64,000 bases of DNA from contig JAXMHB010000012.1 in assembly GCA_046346965.1 (NCBI GenBank), positions 62,797-126,796 of the forward strand. Reading direction: 5' to 3'. Made by a program: the position numbers and the translations under genes. Numbering within the stretch: position 1 is the first letter of the stretch; the number at the start of each line of letters is the position of its first letter. Below are positions 11,705 to 21,257 of this stretch, piece after piece. This stretch comes from Lysobacterales bacterium (lineage in GTDB: Bacteria > Pseudomonadota > Gammaproteobacteria > Xanthomonadales > SZUA-5). The notes beneath the pieces were generated by a model. It worked only from the letters and a program-made list of their open reading frames with translations. It searched no databases and was not told where the DNA came from.

Positions 11705-12415
11705 TCAGGGTCGGCGCGCCAGCACCACCGCCTCCACCCACTGCACGCCGGCCGCCTTCAGCGCCCGCGCGGCAGCATCCAGCGTGGCGCCGGTGGTCAT
11801 CACATCGTCGATCAGCGCGATGCGTGCGGGCAGCGGCGCCTCGGCGCGAAAGGCCCCGCGCACATTGCGCCAGCGCGCTTCGCGATCCAGCCCCGGCTGC
11901 GCCGCGGTGGCGCGTGTGCGCTGCAGCGCGTGATCGAGCACCGGCAGCGCCAGATCCGCCGCCAAAGCGCGCGCCAGTTCCAGCGCCTGGTTGTAGCCGC
12001 GCTGGCGCAGCCGGCTGGCATGCAGCGGGATCGGCACCAGCGCCTCGGGCGGCGGCGACGCACGCTGCGTCAGCGCCGAGCGGTAGGCCTGCGACCACTG
12101 CGGGCGCAGTGCCGGGATCGCCGCCAGCCCTTCGGCAAACTTGAGGCGCTGGATCAAGCCATCGAGCGGCGCCTCGTAGCGCAAGGCGGCCCAACTGGCG
12201 TCGAAAGCCGGCGTCTTCTGCAGGCAATGGCCGCACAGCGGCGCTGGCTGCGGCAGCGGCTGGGCGCAGCGTGCGCAGGCACTGCCGTTGGCGCCCAGAT
12301 GGCGCGCGCAGTCCGCACACAGCCGCACGCCCGCCTCGCGGCGGCACAGCAGGCAGGCGGCCGGCAACAACGCATCGACAGCGCGCGCGAACCAGAACGT
12401 CAGTGCTTTGGGCAT
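11705..12415 (-). CDS. comF: ComF-family protein (phosphoribosyltransferase domain)
   Basis: N-terminal Cys4 zinc-finger-like CLLC...C.DC...C.RC...CGHC, plus a C-terminal PRTase motif IALIDDVMTTGATL. Confidence 0.85.
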   Translation of the reverse strand: MPKALTFWFARAVDALLPAACLLCRREAGVRLCADCARHLGANGSACARCAQPLPQPAPLCGHCLQKTPAFDASWAALRYEAPLDGLIQRLKFAEGLAAIPALRPQWSQAYRSALTQRASPPPEALVPIPLHASRLRQRGYNQALELARALAADLALPVLDHALQRTRATAAQPGLDREARWRNVRGAFRAEAPLPARIALIDDVMTTGATLDAAARALKAAGVQWVEAVVLARRP

Positions 12416-12434
12416 ACCCTGCTCCCCAGCGCGC

Positions 12435-14561
12435 TCAGAGCGGGAAACGTACCCGGAAGCGCGCGCCGCCGTCGCTCATGGTGTCGGCACGGATATGGCC
12501 GGCGTGCTCCTCGACAATCTTCTTGACGATCGCCAGCCCAAGGCCGGTGCCTTTGGTTTTGGTGGTGGTGTAGGGCTCGAACAGGCGTTCCAGCAGCGCC
12601 TCCGGGATGCCAGGGCCGTGGTCGCGCACTTCCAGCTCCAGCAGCGAGCGGCTGCCCTCGGTGGCGCCGTGCAGCGAGACCTCGACGCGCGCGCGGCCCT
12701 CCGGCTGCGCCTCCTCGGCATTGCGCAGCAGATTGTGCAGCAGCTGGCGGATGCGACCGGCGTCCGCGCGCACCGGCGGCTCCTCCTCCGGGATGCGCAA
12801 CTGGATGTCCAGGCGCGAGGTTTCGCCCACGTACAGATCGACCACCTCGCGAATGATCTTGGACAGCCGGATCGGCTTCAGCTCCAGCTTCGGCGGACGC
12901 GCGTAGTCACTGAAGGCATTCACCATTGCCTTCAGCGCCTCCACCTGGGCAACGATGGTGTGGGTGGAGCGATCCAGCACCTCGCGATCGGCTTCCGGCA
13001 AACGATCCAGGAACTTGCGGCGCAGGCGCTCGGCAGCCAATTGGATCGGCGTCAGCGGATTCTTGATCTCGTGCGCCAGTCGGCGCGCCACTTCCGACCA
13101 CGCCGAGTCGCGCGTAGCCTTGGCGTATTCGGACTCGTCATCGAACACCAGCACCAGCCCGCCGACCTCGCCGTCGCCGCCCGGCAGGCGCGCGCCGCGC
13201 AGCAGCAGGCGCTGCTCCTGGCCGCCGCGTAGGATGCGCACTTCCTCGCGCCAGTCGCCGGGCTGGCGCGCCAGCACCTCGACCAGATGCTGCGTCAGCG
13301 GCAGCAGCGGCGGATCGGCCTTGCCCAGGCGCTCGATCGGCAGGCCGTTCCAGGGCGTCAGATCCACGCCCAGGATGTCGTGCGCCGAGCCGTTCGAGGT
13401 GCGCAGGCGGCCGGCGCCGTCCAGGCTGAGCACGCCGGAGGAAATGCGGTCGAGCACGCCCTCGAAGTAGCGGCGACCGGATTCGGCATCGCCCGCCGCT
13501 CGCAGCAGACGCTGGTTGGCCTGATCGAGTTCGCGCGCCATCTGGTTGAAGGCGCGCGCCAGGCCGCCGAGTTCGTCGTCGGTGATCTCCGGCACCGAGA
13601 TCCGATAGTCACCCTGCGCCACCGCGCGCGTGGCTTCCACCAGCCGGCGCAGTGGCTCGACCAAACCACGCGCCAGCGCAAACGCCAGATACAGCGCGAA
13701 CAAAATCGCCGCGATCAGCACCACGCTGAGCACCACGCTGAGCGTGAACTTGAGCGCGTTGCGCAGGAATGCCAGCTGCCGATAGTCGTAGTAGTGGCGC
13801 TCGATGGTCTGCGCCAGCGTCGCGATCTCGTTGTCGACCTCGAAACGCGCCAGCAGCACCTCGCCACGCAGCGGCAGCTCGACCATCGACAAAACCGTCA
13901 GGCCCTCGCTGCTGCGATCGACGCTGGAGGCGCTGCCGGTGGCGCGCAGCGATTGCCACAAGGCGTCGGCCGGCACGCTGGGCGCCAGATAGCGCGGATC
14001 GGCGGCGACGCGCTCGATCACCCGGCGCGAGGGATCGTAAAGCGCCAGTTCCAGCGCGCCGAGTTCATCGAGCGCGGCGGTCAGGCTCTCGCTGTCACTG
14101 CCGGCCTCGCCGTCGTCGATGCGCTGGGCATGCAGGCGCACCCGCGCCAGACCCTGCTCCTCGCTGAGCTCGATGGCACGACGGGCGACCGTCAGGCTGT
14201 CGTCCAGCGCGGCATTGACGTCGACCTGGAACCAGCTGTCGACCGCGCCATGGACGAAACGCAGCGCAAAAAAGAACAACATGCCGAGCGGCGGCAGCAC
14301 CAGCAGTGCCAGTCGCTTCAGCAGCCGCCAGGACAGCCGCGCGCCGGGCGCGCGTCGGCGCACATCGCGGAACAGGCGCCAGGCTTCCAGGCCCAGCGCA
14401 CCGAGCAGCAGCGTCAGTGCCAGTCCCATCGCAGTGAGCACGGCGCTCCACTCGCTGCCCATGCGCGGTCCGACATCGGCATCGTGACCGGACAGGTACA
14501 CCGCCCCGAACGCCAGGACGGTCAGCGCCAGCAGCGGCAGCGCGCGCTTCCAGACGCTCAT
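12435..14561 (-). CDS. NtrY-like sensor histidine kinase (TM-HAMP-PAS-HisKA-HATPase)
   Basis: Start at ATG 14561, overlapping the upstream stop as ATGA. The H-box AHEIKNPLTPIQLAAERLRRK is the NtrY-type signature. HAMP segment: GDYRISVPEITDDELGGLARAFNQMAREL. The G-boxes are at the C-terminus. Confidence 0.85.
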   Translation of the reverse strand: MSVWKRALPLLALTVLAFGAVYLSGHDADVGPRMGSEWSAVLTAMGLALTLLLGALGLEAWRLFRDVRRRAPGARLSWRLLKRLALLVLPPLGMLFFFALRFVHGAVDSWFQVDVNAALDDSLTVARRAIELSEEQGLARVRLHAQRIDDGEAGSDSESLTAALDELGALELALYDPSRRVIERVAADPRYLAPSVPADALWQSLRATGSASSVDRSSEGLTVLSMVELPLRGEVLLARFEVDNEIATLAQTIERHYYDYRQLAFLRNALKFTLSVVLSVVLIAAILFALYLAFALARGLVEPLRRLVEATRAVAQGDYRISVPEITDDELGGLARAFNQMARELDQANQRLLRAAGDAESGRRYFEGVLDRISSGVLSLDGAGRLRTSNGSAHDILGVDLTPWNGLPIERLGKADPPLLPLTQHLVEVLARQPGDWREEVRILRGGQEQRLLLRGARLPGGDGEVGGLVLVFDDESEYAKATRDSAWSEVARRLAHEIKNPLTPIQLAAERLRRKFLDRLPEADREVLDRSTHTIVAQVEALKAMVNAFSDYARPPKLELKPIRLSKIIREVVDLYVGETSRLDIQLRIPEEEPPVRADAGRIRQLLHNLLRNAEEAQPEGRARVEVSLHGATEGSRSLLELEVRDHGPGIPEALLERLFEPYTTTKTKGTGLGLAIVKKIVEEHAGHIRADTMSDGGARFRVRFPL

Positions 14562-15022
14562 CGCTGGACCTCGTGCCAGCCGCTGTCGAAGGCCCAGTCC
14601 GGCTGCAGCAGCGCGGGCAGGCGCAAGGAGGCTGGCAGCCGCGCGCGATCGAGCGCCACGCGCACCCGGCCGCCGCACGCACTGGCGCAGGCAGCCGCCT
14701 CGTCAAAACGCAGCCGCGCCTGCTCGAACGCCGCCAGCATGGCGTTGCGCAACGCGTAGGTCTGCGCCGGCGCATTGCCCAGCGACAGCGCGTAGGCGCG
14801 CAGCAGCGGGCTGTAGCGCAAGGTCACGCCCTGACTGAGTTCGCGCCCATCAGCCAGTTGCCAGCGCACCTGATAGCCCAGCGCCAGTCCGGATTCGAGC
14901 GCTTCGGTGGCCTGCGTGCCGAGGTCCAGGCGCATCGAGATCTCCAGCGCCGGCACCCGATCAGCGCTCTCGCGCGCCTGCAGCAGGCTGAGCTGCTGCG
15001 CCGGCAGCAGCGCGGGGACCAT
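14558..15022 (-). CDS. DUF4390-like protein
   Basis: Only the last 154 codons of ORF 14558..15835 are plausible. ATG 15022 overlaps the rsmB stop (ATGA). A slightly earlier non-ATG start that would give a better signal peptide (LLLRLVAALALMVPALL) is possible. The position between rsmB and an NtrY-like kinase matches the usual DUF4390 context. Confidence 0.6.
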   Translation of the reverse strand: MVPALLPAQQLSLLQARESADRVPALEISMRLDLGTQATEALESGLALGYQVRWQLADGRELSQGVTLRYSPLLRAYALSLGNAPAQTYALRNAMLAAFEQARLRFDEAAACASACGGRVRVALDRARLPASLRLPALLQPDWAFDSGWHEVQR

Positions 15023-16323
15023 CAGGGCGAGCGCAGCAACGAGGCGTAGTAGAAGCCGTCGCCGGCGTCCTGACCGGTCAGATTCTGGCGTCCCGGCGTC
15101 GCCGGCACGCCCCAGTCGCAGTCGCGCTCGACCACGCGCGCGGTCGGCGTGCGCTGCAGGAAGGCCGCGATCTGGGCTTGATTTTCGAGGGCGAGGACTG
15201 AGCACGTGGCGTAGGTTAGACGTCCGCCGGGGGCGAGCAAAGGCCACAGAGCATCCAGCAGACGCGCCTGCGTGGCTACCAGCGCCGCCAGATCCGAGGG
15301 ACGGCGCAGATGCTTGATGTCGGGATGGCGCCGGATCACGCCGGTGCCACTGCAAGGCGCATCGATCAGGATGCGATCGAAGGGGCGACCGTCCCACCAG
15401 CGTCCCGGTTCGGCGGCGTCGGCGATGTGCAATCGGGCCTGGACGCGACAGCGTTCCACCGTCTGCTGCAGACGCGGCACACGGGCCGGATCGGACTCCA
15501 CCGCCACGATGTCCAGATCGGCGACGCGCTCGGCAATCGCCGCCGTCTTGCCACCCGGCGCCGCGCAGGCGTCCAGCACGCGCATGCCGGGCGCGAGAGC
15601 CAGCTCGTCGACCACACGCTGAGCGACGACGTCCTGCACCGAGACGCGACCGCTGGCAAAGCCGGGCAGCCGGTCCACCGCGACCGCCTCGCTCAGGCAT
15701 ACCGCCAGCGGCGGCGTCGCCGGCACTTGCACCGCCAGACCCGCGGCCTGCAGCGCCTCGACGTAGGCCGCGCGCGTGCCCGAGCGGGCATCCACCCGCA
15801 GCCACATCGGCGCTGCCTGATTGCCGGCGGCGCACAGCGCCTCCCAGTGCAAAGGCCAGTCGCGCTGATAGTGCTCGATCAGCCAGCGCGGATGCTCGAA
15901 GCGCGCCTCCAGCTCGCTGCCGAGCGCCGCCTCCAGCGCCTCGCGTTCACGCAGATAGCGCCGCAGCACCGCATTGACGTAACCGGCGGCGCCGGCCTCC
16001 AACTGCTGCGCCGCCGTGACCGTCTCGGCGACGGCAGCATGGGCGGGCGTCGCCAGATGGCGCAGCTCGGTGAGCCCGGCGCGCAACAGCGCCGCGATCA
16101 GCGGCTTGGGCGGACGCGCGCTCAACCGGCGCAGCAAGGCCTCGGCCGACCACGCGTAGCGCAGGCTGGCGTAACACAGGGCGCGCGCAAAGCCTGCCTG
16201 CGGATGCTCGGCAGCAATCTGCAGCAAGGCGCCATCCAGCGAGGCCCCGCGCGCCACCGCCAGCAGCGCGCGCGCCACCTGGGCACGGATGGGCACGGCG
16301 CCGGCGGCCTTGCGCTCGCGCAT
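15022..16323 (-). CDS. rsmB: 16S rRNA (cytosine967-C5)-methyltransferase
   Basis: NusB-like N-terminus followed by an MTase core (VLDACAAPGGKT, DRILIDAPCSGTGVIRRHPD, TCSV). The ATG overlaps the fmt stop (ATGA). Confidence 0.9.
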   Translation of the reverse strand: MRERKAAGAVPIRAQVARALLAVARGASLDGALLQIAAEHPQAGFARALCYASLRYAWSAEALLRRLSARPPKPLIAALLRAGLTELRHLATPAHAAVAETVTAAQQLEAGAAGYVNAVLRRYLREREALEAALGSELEARFEHPRWLIEHYQRDWPLHWEALCAAGNQAAPMWLRVDARSGTRAAYVEALQAAGLAVQVPATPPLAVCLSEAVAVDRLPGFASGRVSVQDVVAQRVVDELALAPGMRVLDACAAPGGKTAAIAERVADLDIVAVESDPARVPRLQQTVERCRVQARLHIADAAEPGRWWDGRPFDRILIDAPCSGTGVIRRHPDIKHLRRPSDLAALVATQARLLDALWPLLAPGGRLTYATCSVLALENQAQIAAFLQRTPTARVVERDCDWGVPATPGRQNLTGQDAGDGFYYASLLRSP

Positions 16324-17237
16324 CAGCGCTTCAGGTCCGGGCGGGCGTTGACGTAGTCGGCGGCATCGATCACGCGCCCGCCGGCGCGCTGCAGCTTGAG
16401 CACTGCCAGCGCCTGATCGCCACAGGCGATGACCAGACGACTGCGCGTGCCGCGGATCGGCTCGCCGGGCGTGCCCTGCCCCGACACAACCTCGGCGGCA
16501 TGGATGCGCACGCGCTCGCCGGCGATCTCGGCCTCGGCCACCGGCCAGGGCTGGTAGCCACGCACCTTGCGCGCCAGTTCGTCGGCGCCAAGGCGCCAGT
16601 CCAGCCAGGCTTCCGCTTTGTCCAGCTTGTGTGCATAGACCACGCCTTCGGCCGGCTGCGGCTGCGCCGGCGGCAACTCGCCGCGCAGCAGGCGCGCCAG
16701 ACCGTCGGCCAGTACCTCGGCACCGAGCAGCGCCAGACGGTCGTGCAGCGTGGCGGAGGTATCGGTCGGCTGGATCGGCGTGCGCCGTTCCAGCAGGATC
16801 GGACCGGTATCGAGGCCCGCTTCCATCTGCATCAGATCAACACCGGTTTCTGCATCCCCGGCGAGCAGCGCGCGCTGGATCGGCGCGGCGCCGCGCCAGC
16901 GCGGCAGCAGGCTGCCATGCACGTTCCAGCAGCCGTGGGTCGGGATCGCAAGCACTGCGCGCGGCAGGATCAGGCCGTAGGCGACGACGATCAGCAGATC
17001 AGGGCGCAGCTCGGCCAGCGCGGCCTGCACCTCCGGTGTCTTCAGCGTCTCCGGCTGTAGCACCGGCAATCCGGCCTCGAGCGCGCGCAGCTTGACCGGC
17101 GAGGCCTGCAGCTGACGACCGCGCCCGGCTGGGCGATCCGGCTGCGTGTACACCGCAACGCACTGCGCCGCCGACGCGAGCACGGCGTCCAGGCACGGCA
17201 CCGCAAAGGCCGGCGTGCCGGCGAACACGATCCGCAT
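16323..17237 (-). CDS. fmt: Methionyl-tRNA formyltransferase
   Basis: [16 protein letters not shown]...[22 protein letters not shown] 17237 is preferred over TTG 17246. Confidence 0.95.
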   Translation of the reverse strand: MRIVFAGTPAFAVPCLDAVLASAAQCVAVYTQPDRPAGRGRQLQASPVKLRALEAGLPVLQPETLKTPEVQAALAELRPDLLIVVAYGLILPRAVLAIPTHGCWNVHGSLLPRWRGAAPIQRALLAGDAETGVDLMQMEAGLDTGPILLERRTPIQPTDTSATLHDRLALLGAEVLADGLARLLRGELPPAQPQPAEGVVYAHKLDKAEAWLDWRLGADELARKVRGYQPWPVAEAEIAGERVRIHAAEVVSGQGTPGEPIRGTRSRLVIACGDQALAVLKLQRAGGRVIDAADYVNARPDLKR

Positions 17238-17242
17238 CAGAC

Positions 17243-17764
17243 TCAACCGGCGGCGCGGGCGGGCGCCTGCTGGCGGCGCCGCTTTTCCATCTTGCTGCGC
17301 ACCATCTGGCGTTTCAGCGGCGACAGGTAGTCGACGAACACCTTGCCGGCCAGATGATCCATCTCATGCTGGATGCACACGGCAAGCAGACCGCTGGCAT
17401 CGATGCGCTGCAACTGGCCGTGGCGGTCCAGTGCTTCCACCACGACGCGCTCGGCGCGCTCGACATCGGCAAACACGCCCGGCACCGACAAGCAGCCTTC
17501 CTGGCAGTTCTGTGCGCCCTCTTTCTCGACGATGCGCGGATTGATCAGCACCAGCGGCCGATCCTTCTCCTCACTCACATCGATCACGATCAGTTGCCGG
17601 TGATAGTCGATCTGGGTCGCGGCGAGCCCGACGCCGGGAGCGGCGTACATGGTCTCGAACATGTCGTCGATCAGCGTCTGCAGCTCGGGTTCGAAGCGCT
17701 CGATGGGCTTGGCGACCGTGCGCAGACGCTCGTCGGGAAACTCCAAAATGGGCAGCAGGGCCAT
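17243..17764 (-). CDS. def: Peptide deformylase
   Basis: [15 protein letters not shown]..., with the GxGLAATQ, EGCLS and QHEMDH motifs. Confidence 0.95.
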   Translation of the reverse strand: MALLPILEFPDERLRTVAKPIERFEPELQTLIDDMFETMYAAPGVGLAATQIDYHRQLIVIDVSEEKDRPLVLINPRIVEKEGAQNCQEGCLSVPGVFADVERAERVVVEALDRHGQLQRIDASGLLAVCIQHEMDHLAGKVFVDYLSPLKRQMVRSKMEKRRRQQAPARAAG

Positions 17765-17811
17765 GGCTAAGGGTCCAGGCTAAGCACGATCTGCATAGGT
17801 TCCCACGCGCA

Positions 17812-17835
17812 GCGCGCAGGGGGAAGCCTGCGCGC
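17812..17835 (-). terminator. GC hairpin downstream of the blaR1-like gene
   Basis: GCGCGCAGG-gggaag-CCTGCGCGC: a 9-bp perfect stem about 25 nt after the stop at 17858. No U-tract follows. Confidence 0.3.
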
Positions 17836-17857
17836 GCGCAGCCGTTCAGTGCCCGGC

Positions 17858-19459
17858 CTATTTGCGGCAGATCCGGGTGCCGGTCAGATAGCGGCAGATT
17901 TCCTCGACCTCGGCATCACCGAGCCTGAAGGCAAAGCGCTGACTGAGGCGCTGGCCGGCCTGCAGACGCGCCGCCTCCGGGCTGTAGCGCCAGTCGACCA
18001 GCGCGCGCTTGGCCTCGGCCACAAAAGCGTAGGCGCGCGCTGGCGGATCCTCCGCCAGCATGTCGACGACGCGACCGTTGGCGTCGAGCAGATAACTGAC
18101 TTCCACCGTCACCCGCCGTCCACGCATGCGCTCGGATTCCGGATACACCGGCGCGCGTTGAAACAGCGGCGTCATCGGATCACGGGCCGATTCGACCGTC
18201 TCCAGCAGCCGCGGCGCCGGCAAATTGAGCGCAGGCGTCAGCGCGCCGACCGACATCGTCGCCACGCGCCGTTCACCCACCGACGGCAGTGGCGCCAGCG
18301 GCAGCGGCGCCGGGGCGTCGACCGCGATCGTCGGCCGCGCGAGCGCCGGCGCCAGCCGCAGCTCGGCGGCGGCCAGTTGCGCGTCCGTTTGCGGCGCGTA
18401 GAAACTGACCAGCGAGTCGCGCGGCACCGACACCTCGGCACGTCCGCCCGGGACCGACACCTGGCCCGAGGCCAGCAGGATGACGGCCAGTGAGACCACC
18501 GCCAGCGGCGTCAGCAGACGCTGCGCCATCACCCGCGAGGGCGGCGTGCGCCCAGCGATGCGCTGCACGCGCCAGAGCAGCGCGCCTGCGGCTGCACTGG
18601 GCGCCAGCCGCGGGGCTTCCTGGCGAAACTCCTCCAAACTCAGCAGCGCGCGCGCGTAGTCGGCGCGGCCACCGGCGATATGGATCACCAGATCGTCGCA
18701 GCAATCCTCGCGCACCCGACGCAGATCCTCACTGAGCCAGCGCACCACCGGATGGAAGAACAACAGCACTTCGAGCGCCAGCTGCAGCCAGTTCACCAGA
18801 TAGTCGGCGCGCCGCAGATGGGCAATCTCATGCGCCAGGATCAGCCGCAGCTGCGGCCAGGGCATGCCGGTAGCGATGCTCAGCGGCAGCACGATGACCG
18901 GCGCGAAGTGGCCGATCACAAAGGGCACCTTGGCGCAGGCCGAGGACACCACGGCGATGCCGCGTCGCACGCCAAACTGCTGCGCCAGTGCCAGCACCGG
19001 CTGCGCCAGCTCCGGTAGCGCGACGCCAGCGGTCACCAGACGCCGCAAGGCCAGATGCGAGCGCGCCACGCTGCCGGCGAGCAGCAGCACCGCCAACGCC
19101 CAACCAGCGACCAGCCAGGGCAGCGCGGCGTCCACCAGCGCGGCCCACGTAGGCACGCCGATGGCCTCGGTCGCGACGCTGTGTATCACCCCAGGCTGCG
19201 GCAAGGCGAGCGCAGCCTGAGCGACGGCGGCGGCGTAAGCGGACTCGCTCGCCAGCGACCATTCGCGCACAAAGACGGCGATCAGGCTGAGCGCCAGAAC
19301 GCCAAGGCCGACGATGCCGAAGTCGTAGACGCGATGCGGCGCGCGTGCGCGCCAGCCAGCCACCGCCACGGCGTAGACGGCACCAATGACAGCGCCGATC
19401 CAAAGCGAGTGGATCAGCGTCCAGCCGACCGCGCGGACCAGGGTATCGAGCGTATCCAT
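17858..19459 (-). CDS. BlaR1/MecR1-like M56 metallopeptidase signal transducer fused to a C-terminal TonB_C domain
   Basis: N-terminal TM segments, HEXXH (AHEIAHLRRADY), a further TM, a Pro/Ala-rich linker, and then the TonB-C motif PVYPESERMRGRRVTVEVSYLLDANGRV. The ATG overlaps the blaI-like stop (ATGA). Confidence 0.8.
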   Translation of the reverse strand: MDTLDTLVRAVGWTLIHSLWIGAVIGAVYAVAVAGWRARAPHRVYDFGIVGLGVLALSLIAVFVREWSLASESAYAAAVAQAALALPQPGVIHSVATEAIGVPTWAALVDAALPWLVAGWALAVLLLAGSVARSHLALRRLVTAGVALPELAQPVLALAQQFGVRRGIAVVSSACAKVPFVIGHFAPVIVLPLSIATGMPWPQLRLILAHEIAHLRRADYLVNWLQLALEVLLFFHPVVRWLSEDLRRVREDCCDDLVIHIAGGRADYARALLSLEEFRQEAPRLAPSAAAGALLWRVQRIAGRTPPSRVMAQRLLTPLAVVSLAVILLASGQVSVPGGRAEVSVPRDSLVSFYAPQTDAQLAAAELRLAPALARPTIAVDAPAPLPLAPLPSVGERRVATMSVGALTPALNLPAPRLLETVESARDPMTPLFQRAPVYPESERMRGRRVTVEVSYLLDANGRVVDMLAEDPPARAYAFVAEAKRALVDWRYSPEAARLQAGQRLSQRFAFRLGDAEVEEICRYLTGTRICRK

Positions 19460-19857
19460 CAGCCGCGCTCCTGCTCGATGTGGCTGAGCAACTCGCGGAT
19501 CTCCTTGAGCTCGCTGGTCTTGGCCGGCGGATCGCTGCCAAGCGCCTGCATCACCAGTCGCGTCGCCGAGCCGTCGAAAAGTTTGGAGATCAGGGCGCCG
19601 ACGAAGGCGCGCTCGGTGGCTTCCCGCGAAACCGTGGGCGCGAAGCGGTGGGCGCGCTGCGACTCGTCGCGGATCACCAGCCCTTTGCTGTGCATCACCT
19701 GCATGAGCTTCAGCGTCGTGGTGTAGCCGGTCTGGCGATCACGCCCCTGCAAGCCCTCGTGCACCTCGCGCACCGTGCATGGGCCGCGATCCCACAGGAT
19801 CTTGAGCAACTCGATCTCGGCCTCGGTCGGACGCGGCGCGTCGTGCTTGTTCACCAT
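19459..19857 (-). CDS. BlaI/MecI/CopY-family winged-helix repressor
   Basis: ATG at 19857. The segment TEAEIELLKILWDRGPCTVREVHEGL....GYTTTLKLMQVMHSKGLV is the family N-terminal wHTH. Confidence 0.85.
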   Translation of the reverse strand: MVNKHDAPRPTEAEIELLKILWDRGPCTVREVHEGLQGRDRQTGYTTTLKLMQVMHSKGLVIRDESQRAHRFAPTVSREATERAFVGALISKLFDGSATRLVMQALGSDPPAKTSELKEIRELLSHIEQERG

Positions 19858-19877
19858 GACATTCTCGGTAGCGCGAT

Positions 19878-19917
19878 CAACGACGCATATCGTAGCCCCG
19901 ATCCGCTCCTCCGACAA
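19878..19917 (-). promoter_or_regulatory. Putative blaI-blaR promoter with overlapping dyad O1
   Basis: The minus strand reads TTGTCG-17 nt-TACGAT. The dyad CTACGA-tatgcg-TCGTtG (19878-19895) overlaps the -10. Confidence 0.4.
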
Positions 19918-19936
19918 TCCGCCTCGATGGAAGCCG

Positions 19937-19965
19937 TTGACAGCCTACGAAATGCGTCGTAGTTT
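19937..19965 (+). promoter_or_regulatory. Putative promoter of paralog 1 with dyad O2 between -35 and -10
   Basis: TTGACA (19937-19942), a 17-nt spacer, then TAGTTT (19960-19965). The perfect dyad CTACGA-aatgcg-TCGTAG is at 19945-19962. Confidence 0.5.
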
Positions 19966-19998
19966 GAAATCGCACCCCCACCGTGAATGGAGCACGCG

Positions 19999-20472
19999 AT
20001 GAGTCGAATCCTGATCCTGGTGCTGGCGTTCGCCGCCAGCGTGTACACCCAGACGGCCTGCGCCGACAGCCAGGTGCGCGTGCGCTCGGGCCTGTCAGTC
20101 TCTGAGATCCAGCAGTACGTGGACTCGGTGGACCGCCGACTGCAGAAGGGCCGTTACGACAGCATCGACCCCAAGCAGCGCGCCTGGATGATCGAGCGCA
20201 TCGCCGGCTTGCGTGAGGCCTTGACCGGCGCCGATCAGAGTGCGCCGCCAGCGCCGGAGCTGGCCCTGCAGGCGGATGATTTCACCACCGGCATGATCGA
20301 GATCGAGGAAGGCGGCATCGTCTGTCGCAAGGAGTCGCGGGTCGGCTCGCACCAGCGCAACTTGCGCTGCACCAGCCGCAAGCAGCTGGTCGAAGAGCGT
20401 GAGCGCTCGCGCGAGTCGCTTCGAGATCTGCGCCGACCGCAGTCTCTGCCCGATCTCGAACCGGCCGGCTGA
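19999..20472 (+). CDS. Secreted ~157-aa protein of unknown function, paralog 1 of 3
   Basis: ATG 19999 is preceded by GGAG. Signal peptide MSRILILVLAFAASVYTQTACA. Blocks shared with the next two genes: Y(V)D.VDRRLQKGRYD, EEGGIVCR-x14-C.SR, and a C-terminal RPQSLP. Confidence 0.75.
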   Translation: MSRILILVLAFAASVYTQTACADSQVRVRSGLSVSEIQQYVDSVDRRLQKGRYDSIDPKQRAWMIERIAGLREALTGADQSAPPAPELALQADDFTTGMIEIEEGGIVCRKESRVGSHQRNLRCTSRKQLVEERERSRESLRDLRRPQSLPDLEPAG

Positions 20473-20595
20473 GCATGTGTCGGGGCCAGCTGCTTCGCCT
20501 CGGCGCGAATCAGGCAATCTCGGTCAGCCCGCAGCTCCACGATGCACATCGTACGCAACTGTCAATTGCACGGCGATTTGATAGTCAGTAGAAGG

Positions 20596-20624
20596 TTGAC
20601 ACACTACGACAGTGATCGTAGTTT
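20596..20624 (+). promoter_or_regulatory. Putative promoter of paralog 2 with dyad O3
   Basis: TTGACA (20596-20601), a 17-nt spacer, then TAGTTT (20619-20624). The perfect 7-bp-arm dyad ACTACGA-cagtga-TCGTAGT is at 20603-20622. The layout is the same as at 19937-19965. Confidence 0.5.
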
Positions 20625-20656
20625 TGCGCTTCGACGTTCAATTCCTGGAGATGCCG

Positions 20657-21130
20657 ATGTTTCGTTCGATTGCCTGCGCACTGGTCCTGAGCTTTGTCGG
20701 ACTGGCCTACCAGACGCCCGCCCTGGCCGATGACAAGGTCGTGGTGAGTACGAGCGATCTCAGCGTCACCGAGATTCAGGAGTACGTGGACGATGTGGAT
20801 CGCCGTCTGCAGAAGGGCCGCTACGACGTGATCGACCAGAAGGAGCGCCAGTGGATCATCGATCAGATCGCGGCACTGCGCGACGGTCTGCAGAAGGCGG
20901 ATCTGGCGGCGCCGCCGGCACCGGAACTGGCGCTGCAGGCGGGCGAGTTCGAGGCCGGCATGATCAAGATCGAGGAAGGCGGCATCGTCTGTCGCAGCGA
21001 GGCGCGCGTGGGCTCGCATCGCACCACCAAGCGCTGCTACAGCCGCAAGAAGCTGGAAGAAGACAGCCGCAATTCCCAGGACGTGCTGCGCTCGCTGCGT
21101 CGTCCCAACAGCCTGCCCTCGGGCGGCTGA
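20657..21130 (+). CDS. Secreted ~157-aa protein of unknown function, paralog 2 of 3
   Basis: ATG 20657 lies 7 nt after GGAG. Signal peptide MFRSIACALVLSFVGLAYQTPALA. Same conserved blocks as paralog 1, ending RRPNSLPSGG. Confidence 0.75.
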   Translation: MFRSIACALVLSFVGLAYQTPALADDKVVVSTSDLSVTEIQEYVDDVDRRLQKGRYDVIDQKERQWIIDQIAALRDGLQKADLAAPPAPELALQAGEFEAGMIKIEEGGIVCRSEARVGSHRTTKRCYSRKKLEEDSRNSQDVLRSLRRPNSLPSGG

Positions 21131-21257
21131 TCGCCGGTTCCCCCGGGCGCGACACATGACATCCCTTCCGATGGCTCCCCAGCGTCGGCTACATGTGTTC
21201 GCGCCTTTCTTTTTCGGCCCGCGTCCAGTGACCGGGCACTGAGTCGTCGAGGTCATC

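Noticed and set aside
21131-21257. A fourth CTACGA-N6-TCGTAG operator and TTGACA promoter upstream of paralog 3
   Set aside because: Only CTACATGTGTTCGCGC is present, with no matching right arm. Paralog 3 may be co-transcribed with paralog 2 or use a different promoter.
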